A stretch of DNA of 37,653 nucleotides from a virus. Taxonomy: Duplodnaviria; Heunggongvirae; Uroviricota; Caudoviricetes. This document shows, in pieces, positions 28,377 to 37,653 of the stretch (position 1 is the first letter of the stretch; each line of letters begins with the position of its first letter). The notes below the pieces were generated by a model. It made no database searches. It was given only the letters and a program-made list of their open reading frames with translations, and was not told the DNA's origin. The stretch is taken from IMG/VR virus record IMGVR_UViG_2778261231_000003; one strand, written 5' to 3'. The position numbers and the translations under genes were made by a program.

Positions 28377-28897
28377 TGGCAAAGATTGAGATCAACCGCA
28401 TCACGAATGCCAACATCTACCTGGATGGCGCTAACCTGCTGGGCCGGGCCGAGGAGGTCAAACTCCCGGACGTCTCCATGACCATGCAGGAGCATAAGGC
28501 GCTGGGGATGGTGGGCAAAGTGGAACTCCCGGCAGGCTTCGACAAGCTGGAGGGTGAGATCAAGTGGAACAGCTTTTACCGCGACGCGATGCTGTCTGCT
28601 GCGAACCCGTATAAGTCGCTGGCGCTGCAGTGCCGTTCCAGCGTCCAGCGCTACAGTTCGCAGGGGCTGATTGACGAAATCCCGCTGGTCACATTCCTGA
28701 CGATCATGTTCAAGAAGAACCCGCTGGGGACGTTCAAACAGCACGAGAACGCCGAGTTCTCTAGCAGCTTCACCTGCACGTACATCAAGCAGGTACTGGA
28801 TGGTGAAGAGCTGCTGGAGCTGGACTATCTGGCCAACATCTTCCGAGTCGGCGGCGTTGACCAGTTGACTGACTACCGCATCAATATCGGGGGCTGA
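28376..28897 (+). CDS. Tail tube protein
   Basis: 173 aa after sheath; start overlaps sheath stop. Confidence 0.75.
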   Translation: MAKIEINRITNANIYLDGANLLGRAEEVKLPDVSMTMQEHKALGMVGKVELPAGFDKLEGEIKWNSFYRDAMLSAANPYKSLALQCRSSVQRYSSQGLIDEIPLVTFLTIMFKKNPLGTFKQHENAEFSSSFTCTYIKQVLDGEELLELDYLANIFRVGGVDQLTDYRINIGG

Positions 28898-28899
28898 CG

Positions 28900-29181
28900 G
28901 TGACCGTCGAGATTGAAGATAAAGGCGGGAACTGTGGTTCGATTGGCATGGGAAATGGTACGTGGTTTACCATCCTTGATATTCCGGGGGTGGAAAACCT
29001 TTTTAATACCCAGAAAACCAATGATCCGATTGACTGCACCCGCTCTAAAGCACGGAAGCTCGCTGACCTGATTGAGGCATGGGAGCCACCTGACCACTGG
29101 TTCACCGGCATCGGCAAATCTGAAGGAAAGGCGCTTCTTATCGCCTTCCTGCGTAACTGCAAAGGCTTTCGCACTCACTGA
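28900..29181 (+). CDS. Small hypothetical protein between tube and chaperone genes (possible moron)
   Basis: GTG 28900 after GGGGG Shine-Dalgarno; 93 aa with several Cys; followed by a strong terminator. Confidence 0.45.
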   Translation: MTVEIEDKGGNCGSIGMGNGTWFTILDIPGVENLFNTQKTNDPIDCTRSKARKLADLIEAWEPPDHWFTGIGKSEGKALLIAFLRNCKGFRTH

Positions 29182-29187
29182 TATCAC

Positions 29188-29211
29188 AGGGGCTTCGGCC
29201 CCTTTCTTCTT
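29188..29211 (+). terminator. Rho-independent terminator
   Basis: AGGGGC-TTCG-GCCCCT (6-bp GC-rich stem, TTCG tetraloop) followed by TTCTTCTT. Confidence 0.65.
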
Positions 29212-29279
29212 AATCCCCTTTAATATCCGTCACGTCCACCTCCAGACATACTGCTCTGAACTTACACAGGAGCACGATC

Positions 29280-29594
29280 ATGTCACAGACCCAATCCGAT
29301 ACTTTTAAGCTGTCTTACCCCTTCACCACCGCAGCAGGCACCAGAGTTGAGCAGGTTGAACTGAAACGCCTGACGGTCAAAGACCTGAAGCAGGTGCGCA
29401 AAATCAGTAAAGACCCGGCTGACTGGGACGAACCGCTCATTGCCCGTAGCACCGGTATTCTCCCCGAAGACCTCGATAACATGGATCTTGCCGATTACAT
29501 GGAGCTGCAGAAACGATTTCAGCAAGTCACTGGGCTGGGCAAGAGCGACGAAAACGCTGATGCAGGCGCAGGGGCTGCTGGCGAGGTGGTTTAG
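29280..29594 (+). CDS. Tail assembly chaperone (gpE / gp41-like, upstream frame)
   Basis: 104 aa immediately upstream of the tape measure gene, overlapped by a second ORF whose product ends ...LARWFRFQPGEIDALDTDDLEMWLEQAEEQIK, the conserved extension of frameshifted tail chaperones. Confidence 0.7.
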   Translation: MSQTQSDTFKLSYPFTTAAGTRVEQVELKRLTVKDLKQVRKISKDPADWDEPLIARSTGILPEDLDNMDLADYMELQKRFQQVTGLGKSDENADAGAGAAGEVV

Positions 29595-29697
29595 ATTTCA
29601 GCCGGGGGAGATTGATGCCCTCGATACTGACGATCTGGAGATGTGGCTGGAGCAGGCTGAAGAGCAAATCAAAAGCGAGTTCGGCGACAATCAGTAA
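29440..29697 (+). CDS. Frameshift extension ORF of the tail assembly chaperone (E'/G-T-like)
   Basis: Open frame offset +1 (equivalent to -2) from 29280-29594, extending 103 nt past its TAG; conserved RWFRFQPGE motif. Slip site not identified. Confidence 0.45.
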   Translation: MPVAPVFSPKTSITWILPITWSCRNDFSKSLGWARATKTLMQAQGLLARWFRFQPGEIDALDTDDLEMWLEQAEEQIKSEFGDNQ

Positions 29698-29789
29698 CGA
29701 CTCATCACTTAACAGCCGCCCCTCGCGGCTGTTCTGCATGGCTCTCAGACATTTTCCTTCCGTTTTTCCGCTTTCAGAGGATAACAACC

Positions 29790-32255
29790 GTGGCCAGTGA
29801 ATTTTCAGTCGGCGTCATTATTGGCGGCATTGTCGGAAGCAGCTTCCGCTCAGCCGTCAGTGGCACCCGACGCGCCCTAGATTCCCTGGGCGATACATCG
29901 CGCCGCCTGCAGGAACGCCAGAATGCCTTAACTCGTGCAACTGAACGTTATGGCCAGTTAGGCTCTTCCCGGATGCAGCGCCTCAACAGCGAACTGCTGC
30001 GGGTAAGCCGCACAATGGAGCAAATTGAACGCCAGCAGCGCCGTCTGTCAGCAGTATCAGCCACCAGTGACGCGCTGAAAGCTAACCGCATGGCGCTCTA
30101 TGGCCAGGGAGCAGAGACTTATGGTATCGCCCGAACGCTGGGCGCACCGGTCATGGCCTCTGTCAAACAATATTCATCGTTTGAATCCCAGCTACGCGAT
30201 ATCAGTGTCACCGGTGATCTGGATTCAAGGCAGGAACAGGCCATCGGTACTGCCATTCGTCGGGCATCCCTGCAGGTCAATCAGCTCCAGGAATCTCTGT
30301 TGAGCGGCGTTGGTCAACTGGTTGCCGATGGCATGAATCCGCAGCAGGCAGCGACCTTTGCCGGGATGCTCGGTAAAGCGGCCACGGCCACCAAAGCAGA
30401 TATGACTGACCTCGCAAAAATGACCTATGCCTTTAGCGATGCGCTGAAAATTACCGATGCCAAAGAGCTGGAGCAGGCGTTTGGGATTGCGGCAACCGGG
30501 GCCAAGCTAGGCTCGTTTGAGCTGAAGGATATGGCGAAAGCGTTACCCGGTATGGCCAAAGCCTTCGCTGCACGTGGTATTTACGGCAAAGACGCCATAA
30601 CCCAGATCGTAGCCAGTCTGGAAGTGGGTAAAGGCAGCGGCTCAGCGGAAGAGGCCGTCACCAATATGTCAAACTGGCTGGCGGCAATGGGACGCGGAGA
30701 TACCACGCAGAAATACGCTAAGGCTGGCGTGGATTACCAGGGATCAATGCAAAATTATGTAGCCCAGGGGTTCTCTCAATATGAAGCCTCCCTGATGATT
30801 GCCAACCGGTTTATCGACGGTAAAGGCAAGGCATTTGTGCAGCAATGGAAGGCGGCAGGCTCAAGAGGCGATCAGGAAGGCCAGCAGAGGCTGATGGAGT
30901 CCTTCGGACTGGCGGAAGTCTTTACCGATATCCAGACCGTGAACCATCTACTGTCTATGCGTCAGGGCTGGGATAAGTACCAATCTAACAAGCAGGAAAT
31001 GAACACTCCCTCTGCAATGTCTACGCTGGACAAGGATGCAGCGAAACAAAATGATACGCTCGAAGGACGTTGGCGCAGAACGCAGATTGGGTTTAACGAC
31101 TCGGCCATTAGCATCGGAGAATCATTACGTCCGGCGTTGATCCAGCTGGGGGAAACATTCATCCCCTTAATGAACAGCGTTGGAAAATGGATTGCGGCTA
31201 ATCCGCAACTCGTGAGCGGCACAATTCAAGTGATTGGCGCATTACTTGCGTTCAAGATGGCAACCATCGGCCTCAAGCTCGGGCTGAATCTCCTTATTTC
31301 ACCTTTCGTCAACGTCTGGAAAAATGCCGTGCTCCTGCGGGCCAACTGGCTTCGCCTGACACTCGCGCTGGGTGAAGGCGGCAAACTTCGCTGGCTGGTG
31401 ACCGGCTTCAGCGCCGTCGCCAGAGGAGCCAGAACACTGGGTGGTGTGCTGTCAGGTGGGCTGGTTCGCGGCATTATGATCGCCGGGCGTGCCGTTCTCT
31501 GGATTGGGCGGGCATTGCTGATGAATCCCATTGGTCTTGCTATCACCGCCGTCGCGGCGGCGGCTTATCTTATTTATCGTAACTGGGGGGCTGTCAGCAG
31601 TTGGTTCAAACAGCGCTGGGCTGACATTAAAGAGGCTTTTAACGGCGGTATCGTGGGGATTGGTAAACTGCTGATTAACTGGTCGCCGGTTGGTCTGCTC
31701 TATAAAGCCTTTGCGGCTGCGCTGAAATATCTCGGCGTTGATCTGCCCGCGAAGTTCACTGACTTCGGTGGCCATCTTATCGACGGGCTGATAAACGGCA
31801 TCAAAAACAAATGGGAGTCGCTCAAAACCACCGTCACAGATATGGGTGACAGTGTCGGCGGCTGGTTCAAGGAAAAGCTGGGTATCCATTCGCCGAGCCG
31901 CGTGTTTATGGGCTTTGGTGACAACATCGCGCAGGGTGCCGCTATCGGCCTGCAGCGTACCACACCACTGGCAGCGCTCGCCGGACAACGCCTGGCAACA
32001 GAGATGACTCCCGATGTTCCCCGTATCCCGTCGCCGGAAATCATGGCTGCGGGATATTCAGGTCGTGGCGCAGTTGCAACTGGCGGCGGAACATCTGGCG
32101 GTATCCAGGTCAGCTTTAATCCTCAGTTTTTCCTCAATGGCAAAGAAACCGCAGCGCCTGCCGGACTGACCGGCGCACTGAATATGAGCCTGCATGAACT
32201 GGAGAAAATGCTGGAGCGTCTGCTGGCTCAGAAACAACGTCGGGGGTACGAATAA
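29790..32255 (+). CDS. Tail tape measure protein
   Basis: 821 aa, Ala/Gly-rich with hydrophobic central segments; GTG start after AGAGGA; position after the chaperone pair. Confidence 0.85.
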   Translation: MASEFSVGVIIGGIVGSSFRSAVSGTRRALDSLGDTSRRLQERQNALTRATERYGQLGSSRMQRLNSELLRVSRTMEQIERQQRRLSAVSATSDALKANRMALYGQGAETYGIARTLGAPVMASVKQYSSFESQLRDISVTGDLDSRQEQAIGTAIRRASLQVNQLQESLLSGVGQLVADGMNPQQAATFAGMLGKAATATKADMTDLAKMTYAFSDALKITDAKELEQAFGIAATGAKLGSFELKDMAKALPGMAKAFAARGIYGKDAITQIVASLEVGKGSGSAEEAVTNMSNWLAAMGRGDTTQKYAKAGVDYQGSMQNYVAQGFSQYEASLMIANRFIDGKGKAFVQQWKAAGSRGDQEGQQRLMESFGLAEVFTDIQTVNHLLSMRQGWDKYQSNKQEMNTPSAMSTLDKDAAKQNDTLEGRWRRTQIGFNDSAISIGESLRPALIQLGETFIPLMNSVGKWIAANPQLVSGTIQVIGALLAFKMATIGLKLGLNLLISPFVNVWKNAVLLRANWLRLTLALGEGGKLRWLVTGFSAVARGARTLGGVLSGGLVRGIMIAGRAVLWIGRALLMNPIGLAITAVAAAAYLIYRNWGAVSSWFKQRWADIKEAFNGGIVGIGKLLINWSPVGLLYKAFAAALKYLGVDLPAKFTDFGGHLIDGLINGIKNKWESLKTTVTDMGDSVGGWFKEKLGIHSPSRVFMGFGDNIAQGAAIGLQRTTPLAALAGQRLATEMTPDVPRIPSPEIMAAGYSGRGAVATGGGTSGGIQVSFNPQFFLNGKETAAPAGLTGALNMSLHELEKMLERLLAQKQRRGYE

Positions 32256-33139
32256 TGTTTGCGGTACTGGGTGATATTGAGTTTGAACTGATTACCTACT
32301 GGGACGGCTTTGAGGCCACTTTCGGTGTCGATTATGCGGAACATGCCCGCATAGAGGGTAAGCCCGGCCTGCAGTTCGTCGGCGACAAGCTGGACGAAAT
32401 CCAGATAAGCCTGGTCTTCCATCAGCATTATTGTGTGCCCGACGTGGAGCTGGCGAGACTGAGAACGGCCATGAAAGCCCATCAGGCGCTGGCACTGGTT
32501 TTCGGCAACGGTGACTATCGCGGCTGGTTTGTGATTACCGACGTGACCGCGACCAGCGAGCAGACCGACAGCACAGGCAACGTGCTGGCCGTCAATGCCA
32601 CCGCATCTCTCCGGGAGTACATCGGCGACCCGAAGAACCCGCTACAGCCTCCTGCGATACGCACGCAGGTTCCCGGCGTCGGGGCGGTCTCCGGTGCCGT
32701 ACCTTCTCCCTCCGGGGTGGCGCAGTACGTTCGCGACGGCGTCAACTATGCCAAACAGGCGCAGTCTGTTCTCCAGACCACCATCAGCGCCGTTCGGGTG
32801 GCGCAGAAAATGAAGGATAACCCCGCCGTCGCGCTGACCCGCGTGCCGGGGCTGATGAGCGGACTGGGCAACGTGTCCGGGGCGTTAGGCCAGAGCGTTC
32901 CGGCATTCAATGCGCTCTCTGAATCCATGCCTGATGCCATCAGTCTGGCCAGAGCCACCAGCGATGCGGCCACGTATGTACAACAGGCACAGTCTTCGCT
33001 GAGCGGCGTGGACGGCAGCAATATCGCGGCAGCGCTGGATGCCGTTTCCGGGCAGCTTAACTCCGCCAGCACCACCTTCACTCGTATGTCGCCGGGGTTA
33101 AGCACCATGGCAGCTAAAATTCTGGCGAGGAGTGTGTGA
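32255..33139 (+). CDS. Tail protein (Mu N / DNA-circularisation-protein-like)
   Basis: 294 aa directly after the tape measure gene (TAATG overlap). Confidence 0.6.
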   Translation: MFAVLGDIEFELITYWDGFEATFGVDYAEHARIEGKPGLQFVGDKLDEIQISLVFHQHYCVPDVELARLRTAMKAHQALALVFGNGDYRGWFVITDVTATSEQTDSTGNVLAVNATASLREYIGDPKNPLQPPAIRTQVPGVGAVSGAVPSPSGVAQYVRDGVNYAKQAQSVLQTTISAVRVAQKMKDNPAVALTRVPGLMSGLGNVSGALGQSVPAFNALSESMPDAISLARATSDAATYVQQAQSSLSGVDGSNIAAALDAVSGQLNSASTTFTRMSPGLSTMAAKILARSV

Positions 33140-33351
33140 TGTTTCTTGAACATGTTACCCGTGACGGAGAGCGCTGGGACTCTCTGGCATGGCAGTACTA
33201 CGGCGACCCACTGGGCTATCCCCGGATAATTGCCGCCAATCCGCACGTGGCCATTACGCCGGTGCTGCCCTCCGGGCTGTTGTTACTGATCCCGGTTATC
33301 GAGGCTGAAGAAGCCACCACAGAAGAGGATATTGCCCCATGGCTGAGATAA
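33139..33351 (+). CDS. Tail protein X-like (LysM-like small tail protein)
   Basis: RWDSLAWQYYGDPLGYPRIIAANP matches the tail-X family motif; start may be GTG 33136 or ATG 33139. Confidence 0.65.
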   Translation: MFLEHVTRDGERWDSLAWQYYGDPLGYPRIIAANPHVAITPVLPSGLLLLIPVIEAEEATTEEDIAPWLR

Positions 33352-34508
33352 ACAGCACTGCACAGGTCGCATCAGCGTTAACCGGCGTCAGCGATGTTCT
33401 GAGTCCGGTGTTCACGCTGTGGTATCTGCAGAAGAACATCACCACCGATATCGCCCCCTATGTCACCCGCGTAACCTACAGCGATAACATCAAAAGCGAG
33501 TCCGATACCATTGAGGTGGAGCTGGACGACACCGATGGCCGCTGGCTGGATAAGTGGTATCCGGGCAAGGGTGACACGCTGACGCTGAAAATGGGTTATC
33601 AGGGCGAGAAGCTGCTGTCCTGTGGTACGTTCTCGATAGACGAGATCGAGGTGAGTTCGCCCGCGTCCGTTGTCGCTATCCGGGGCGTGGCCACGTCGGT
33701 CAACAACGCCCTGCGGACAAAATCCAGTCGTGGTTTCGAGAGCACCACGCTGGCGGCTATAGCCGGACGGATTGCCAAAAAGCATCAGCTGAAGCTGGTT
33801 GGCAGTATTGAGTCCATCAAAATTGACCGGGTGACCCAGTATGCTGAAACGGACGTGGGCTTCCTGCGTCGACTGGCCAGCGAGTATGGTTATGCCGTGA
33901 AAGTGGTCAGCGACCAGCTGATTTTCTCTCATCTGGCCACGCTGCGCGATCAGGAGCCGGTAAAACAGTTGAAGCCACAGGATGTGGCCAGCTTTTCCCT
34001 GCGTGACACCATCAACCGCGTCTACAAATCCGCAAAGGTAAAACACCAGAAGAGCAGCGATAAAAAGCTGATCGTCTACGAAGCTGATGGCGGTACCAGC
34101 GAAAGCGACAAACAAACCAAAGGCGGTAAGGTCACCAGTGCCGACTCACTGAAGGTCAACAGCCGCGTCAGTGATCCGGACAGCGCCCGGATTAAAGCAG
34201 ATTCGGCGCTGGCCAGGCATAACGAATACCAGCAGAACGGCTCGCTGTCGCTGATGGGGACGCCTCAGTTGACTGCAGGCAACAAAATTGAACTGGTGGG
34301 TTTTGGTCAGTTATCCGGGCCATGGCTGATAACTACTGCCCGCCATGCGTTTGACCGTAACAGCGGCTACATCACCGAACTGGAAGTGGCACGAGGGCCG
34401 GTTACGCAGGGCAAAGCGAAGAAAGGTAAAAAGACCGGAAAAACCCAGACGCTGACCGTCTATAAACCGGACGGCAGCACGTCCACGGTAATAAAGGAGA
34501 AAAAATAA
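33339..34508 (+). CDS. Baseplate hub / late control D-like tail protein
   Basis: 389 aa; position before the gpV-like spike gene. Confidence 0.7.
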   Translation: MAEINSTAQVASALTGVSDVLSPVFTLWYLQKNITTDIAPYVTRVTYSDNIKSESDTIEVELDDTDGRWLDKWYPGKGDTLTLKMGYQGEKLLSCGTFSIDEIEVSSPASVVAIRGVATSVNNALRTKSSRGFESTTLAAIAGRIAKKHQLKLVGSIESIKIDRVTQYAETDVGFLRRLASEYGYAVKVVSDQLIFSHLATLRDQEPVKQLKPQDVASFSLRDTINRVYKSAKVKHQKSSDKKLIVYEADGGTSESDKQTKGGKVTSADSLKVNSRVSDPDSARIKADSALARHNEYQQNGSLSLMGTPQLTAGNKIELVGFGQLSGPWLITTARHAFDRNSGYITELEVARGPVTQGKAKKGKKTGKTQTLTVYKPDGSTSTVIKEKK

Positions 34509-35020
34509 TGGCAGGCGTCACCCGTCAGGTCGGTACGGTCAGCGCCGTCGATGCCGACAAGGTTCAGGCCCGCGTTCGTCTGCCTGAGTGCGATAACCTG
34601 CGCACTAACTGGCTTAACGTACTGCAGCGCAACACCCAGGATAACAAGGATTACTGGCTACCTGACGTGGGGGAGCAGGTTGAGGTGCTGCTCGATGCCA
34701 ACGGCGAGGATGGTGTCATTCTGGGCGCGGTGTATTCAGACGTCGATAAGCCACCGTTCAGCGACAAAAACGTCCGGGGCACGAAATACGCGGATGGCGC
34801 AGAGTTCAGCTATAACCGCGCGACCCATACGCTGACGGTCAAAGGTGGTATCGAGCGCGTAGTAATCGAGGTTGCGGTAGGTATCAGCCTGAAGGGGAAA
34901 ACCATTGATTTGACCGCTGACACCACCACGGTGAACGGCAACCTTGAAATCAACGGCAATGCCCACTCCACAGGCAGCATGCTCTCTGACGGCCAGAACT
35001 CCAATCATCACTCCCACTGA
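34508..35020 (+). CDS. Baseplate assembly protein V (central spike)
   Basis: 170 aa with N-terminal OB-fold-like region and C-terminal beta-repeat; start overlaps upstream stop. Confidence 0.75.
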   Translation: MAGVTRQVGTVSAVDADKVQARVRLPECDNLRTNWLNVLQRNTQDNKDYWLPDVGEQVEVLLDANGEDGVILGAVYSDVDKPPFSDKNVRGTKYADGAEFSYNRATHTLTVKGGIERVVIEVAVGISLKGKTIDLTADTTTVNGNLEINGNAHSTGSMLSDGQNSNHHSH

Positions 35021-35074
35021 CCTTCTTAAACGCCTTTAATATCGGCGTTCCCGCACAGGGGCAATACTGCCCCC

Positions 35075-35422
35075 ATGAAAACAACTTCCGTATTCTGGCA
35101 ACCGGCCCTGCAGGCCCCTGGCGAAATCGTCCGGGGGCTGGATGATATCTGGCAGGCCATTCAAATCATCCTGCGAACTCCTCGCGGCAGCGACCCGCAT
35201 CGCCCGGAGTTCGGCAGCAACCTGCATCTTTATATCGACTGGCCCATCGACCGGGCTATCCCACATGTGGTGCGCGAGTCCGTTGATGCCATCCGGCGCT
35301 GGGAGCCTCGCTGCCAGCTTATGTCGGTTAAACCCGCCGTCGACGGTGAACATCTTACGCTCCGGGTGAGCTGGAAAGGCTCTGACGGACAGCCCCGGAC
35401 TCAGGAGCTTTTATGGCGCTGA
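35075..35422 (+). CDS. Baseplate protein W (gp25 / GPW family)
   Basis: 115 aa with LDDIWQAIQIILRTPRGSDPHRPEFGSNLHLYID motif typical of the GPW/gp25 family. Confidence 0.75.
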   Translation: MKTTSVFWQPALQAPGEIVRGLDDIWQAIQIILRTPRGSDPHRPEFGSNLHLYIDWPIDRAIPHVVRESVDAIRRWEPRCQLMSVKPAVDGEHLTLRVSWKGSDGQPRTQELLWR

Positions 35423-36516
35423 CAGAACCCGATTTTATTGAACGCGATGCCGACAAAATCACGGCTGAAATGATTGCTCAGTACGAAGCCGCAACCGGCA
35501 AGACGCTGTACCCCGCCCAGGCTGAGCGCCTGTTGATTGACCTGTGGGCATACCGCGAAATGCTGGTCAGGGTAGCGGCGCAGGAAGCGGCCAAACAGAA
35601 TCTGGTCGCCTTTGCCCGTGAGCCGATGATTGATTACCTCGGTGAACTGGTCGGTGTTTACCGCCTTGCCGCGCAGCCTGCCACCACCACTCTCCAGTTC
35701 TCCGTGGATGAGGCACTGGCCATTGATGTGCTGATTCCGGCAGGCACCCGCGTCAGCGCTTCCGACAGCATTATTTTTGCCACCGATACGGACGTGGTGC
35801 TGAAAGCCGGATTGCTTCTGGTCAATGCCACGGCCACCTGTACCGAACCGGGAGCCGCTGGCAATGGCTGGCAACCTGCGCAGGTCAGTCAGTTGCTCGA
35901 TGAGATTGATAACGTCGACCTGCAGGTGACCAATCTGATGGCAAGTTCTGGCGGTTCAGAGCAGGAAGACAATGACAGGCTCCGCGAGCGTATCAAACTG
36001 GCCCCGGAGTCATTCACCAACGCCGGAAGCCGTATGGCATACCGCTTTCATGCCATGCAGGCCCATCCCAACATCGTCGACGTCGCTGTGCTCTCCCCGG
36101 TTCCCGGCACCGTAGAACTGTATCCGCTGCTCAGTACCGGCCTGCCGGAGGACAGCATCCTTACGCTGGTAGAGAGTTTCTGCTCGGACGAAAAAGTCAG
36201 GCCGCTCACTGACACCGTGCGGGCTAAAACACCTGTGCAGGTGGATTACGCCATTGAAGCCAACATCACTATCTATCGTGATCAGGATGCCAACTCGATA
36301 AAGGACAACGCCAACAGCGCCATACAGAACTGGGTGGCGTCCCGTACCGCCACGCTGGGGCGCGATATTGTCCCCAGTCAGATTATCAGCGTGCTGTCCG
36401 TTGCCGGAGTGTATCAGGTCGAACTGGTGACACCAGTGCTGAAGGTAGTGGCAGAAAACGAATGGGCAAACTGTACGGCGATCACTCTTAACATGACCGG
36501 GGTGTCCGATGGCTGA
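35413..36516 (+). CDS. Baseplate J-like protein
   Basis: 367 aa; overlaps W and I genes in the usual W-J-I order. Confidence 0.75.
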   Translation: MALTEPDFIERDADKITAEMIAQYEAATGKTLYPAQAERLLIDLWAYREMLVRVAAQEAAKQNLVAFAREPMIDYLGELVGVYRLAAQPATTTLQFSVDEALAIDVLIPAGTRVSASDSIIFATDTDVVLKAGLLLVNATATCTEPGAAGNGWQPAQVSQLLDEIDNVDLQVTNLMASSGGSEQEDNDRLRERIKLAPESFTNAGSRMAYRFHAMQAHPNIVDVAVLSPVPGTVELYPLLSTGLPEDSILTLVESFCSDEKVRPLTDTVRAKTPVQVDYAIEANITIYRDQDANSIKDNANSAIQNWVASRTATLGRDIVPSQIISVLSVAGVYQVELVTPVLKVVAENEWANCTAITLNMTGVSDG

Positions 36517-37087
36517 GCCGCTACAACTCCCGCCACCGCTTGAGGGTGATATCAGTCTCAGAACGCTGGGAAGACTCGCCGGGCGGCTGGATAACATCGA
36601 CCTGAGCGTACTGATGGTCTATCTCGTCGATATTGTCGACAGTTCCGCGCTGCCATGGCTGGGCGAGCAGTTCTCACTGTTCGGCGATGGCTGGGAGCTG
36701 GCGGAATCTGACGATGTACGCCGCATGCTTATCAAATCCGCTATCGAGCTGCACCGCTACAAAGGGACGCCGTGGTCAATCAGGGAAATTATCCGCCGTT
36801 TCGGCTTCGGCGAAGTGGATCTGATTGAAGGCACTGGCCAGATTGGCTACGACGGCAAACACACTTACAACGGGCTTTTCGTTCATGGCGATGCGGAAGC
36901 CTGGGCGGTATATCGCGTCATCCTTCAACAGCCCATCACTAACGATCAGGCGGCGCTGTTACGCCAGACGCTCGCTGCTTTTGCTCCGGCCCGCTGCCAT
37001 CTGGCAAGCCTGGAGTATCAGTCTGTCGCCATTCGCTACAACAACACCGCCAACTATGACGGCAGCTATAACCACGGGAGCAGTTAA
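36509..37087 (+). CDS. Tail protein I-like (baseplate)
   Basis: 192 aa with GTPWSIREIIRRFGFGEVDLIEG motif typical of P2 gpI-type proteins. Confidence 0.7.
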   Translation: MAEPLQLPPPLEGDISLRTLGRLAGRLDNIDLSVLMVYLVDIVDSSALPWLGEQFSLFGDGWELAESDDVRRMLIKSAIELHRYKGTPWSIREIIRRFGFGEVDLIEGTGQIGYDGKHTYNGLFVHGDAEAWAVYRVILQQPITNDQAALLRQTLAAFAPARCHLASLEYQSVAIRYNNTANYDGSYNHGSS

Positions 37088-37089
37088 TT

Positions 37090-37653
37090 ATGGCAAACCT
37101 ACCTGAAACACCGCAGTGGGAAGAAGGCATCTACCAGATTGAGGTCTCTGACCCCGTTCTGGGTGGGCCTGACGGAATCTCTAACCGTCAGGGTAAACAA
37201 CTGGCCAGCCGCACGCTGTACCTGAAGCAACAGGTTGAAAAAGGCGGTTCTGAACTTGCGAAACACATCGCGGCAGCAGACCCGCATACCCAGTACGCAC
37301 CGAAAGCCAGCCCGACATTCACCGGCACGCCAACAGCGCCTACGCCTGCAAATAGTGATAACAGCAAGAAGCTGGCGACGACAGAGTTTGTGGCCAAAGC
37401 ACTTGCGGTGCTTGCTGGCAGCGCTCCTGAGACGCTGGATACGCTCAAAGAGCTGGCTGATGCCCTCGGCAACGATCCGAATTTTGCGACCACGGTGTTG
37501 AACAAGCTGGCGGAAAAGCTGGCCAAAGACCAGCACGGCGCAGATATTCCTGACCCGGCGCTCTTTGTCAAAAACCTTGGTTTGGGGGAAGCGGCCAAAT
37601 TGCCTGCGATTAGTGGCTCTTTATCATCATCTGGCTGGATAAAAATCCCTGTT
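37090..37653 (+). CDS. Tail fibre protein, N-terminal part (3' end outside the window)
   Basis: ATG 37090; uninterrupted frame to the window end (188 codons) beginning MANLPETPQWEEGIYQIEVSDPVLGGPDGISNRQGKQLASRTLYLKQQVEK, the conserved N-terminal domain of P2 H / Mu S-type fibres. Not in the ORF track because it has no stop. Confidence 0.75.
   Translation, partial: MANLPETPQWEEGIYQIEVSDPVLGGPDGISNRQGKQLASRTLYLKQQVEKGGSELAKHIAAADPHTQYAPKASPTFTGTPTAPTPANSDNSKKLATTEFVAKALAVLAGSAPETLDTLKELADALGNDPNFATTVLNKLAEKLAKDQHGADIPDPALFVKNLGLGEAAKLPAISGSLSSSGWIKIPV

Overview
This 37.65 kb window looks like an Enterobacteriaceae-type chromosome segment made of three nested or tandem mobile regions. All calls rest on reading the six-frame translations and the DNA by eye; no database or HMM search was run. 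(1) Positions 1-600 hold the end of a CP4-6-like element: the 3' end of a CbeA/YeeU-family antitoxin gene, a complete CbtA/YeeV-family toxin gene and a rho-independent terminator. (2) Positions 872-917 are a 46-nt copy of the 3' end of a tRNA-Thr(CGU) gene on the minus strand, i.e. an attachment-site remnant rather than a tRNA gene. To its right lies a visibly AT-rich, mosaic cargo island (~0.9-5.9 kb) with three unrelated predicted nuclease-domain genes (Vsr/DUF559-like core fused to a DnaJ-type zinc finger; Mrr-like PD-(D/E)xK; GIY-YIG/T5orf172-like), a catalytic-domain-only tyrosine recombinase whose start codon sits inside a perfect 15-bp inverted repeat, and a Pin/Gin/Hin-family invertase. 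The GIY-YIG gene is bracketed by ~35-bp direct repeats. This island is the best candidate for an undescribed defence-type locus, but that is inference from motifs only. (3) From ~5.94 kb to the right edge is a Mu-like transposable prophage that runs off the window. Its early operon is on the minus strand (Ner-like, wHTH, DUF3102, DDE transposase, AAA+ B-like ATPase, DUF3164, MazG-like, DUF2786, GemA, Mor) and diverges from an XRE-type repressor; a lipoprotein and a Dam-like methyltransferase sit between the repressor and the late genes. The plus-strand late operon encodes holin, SLT endolysin, Rz with embedded Rz1, terminase, portal, Mu F/G/I/T head proteins, sheath, tube, frameshifted tail chaperone, tape measure, baseplate and the start of a tail fibre gene. 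No CRISPR array, rRNA or complete tRNA gene was seen.
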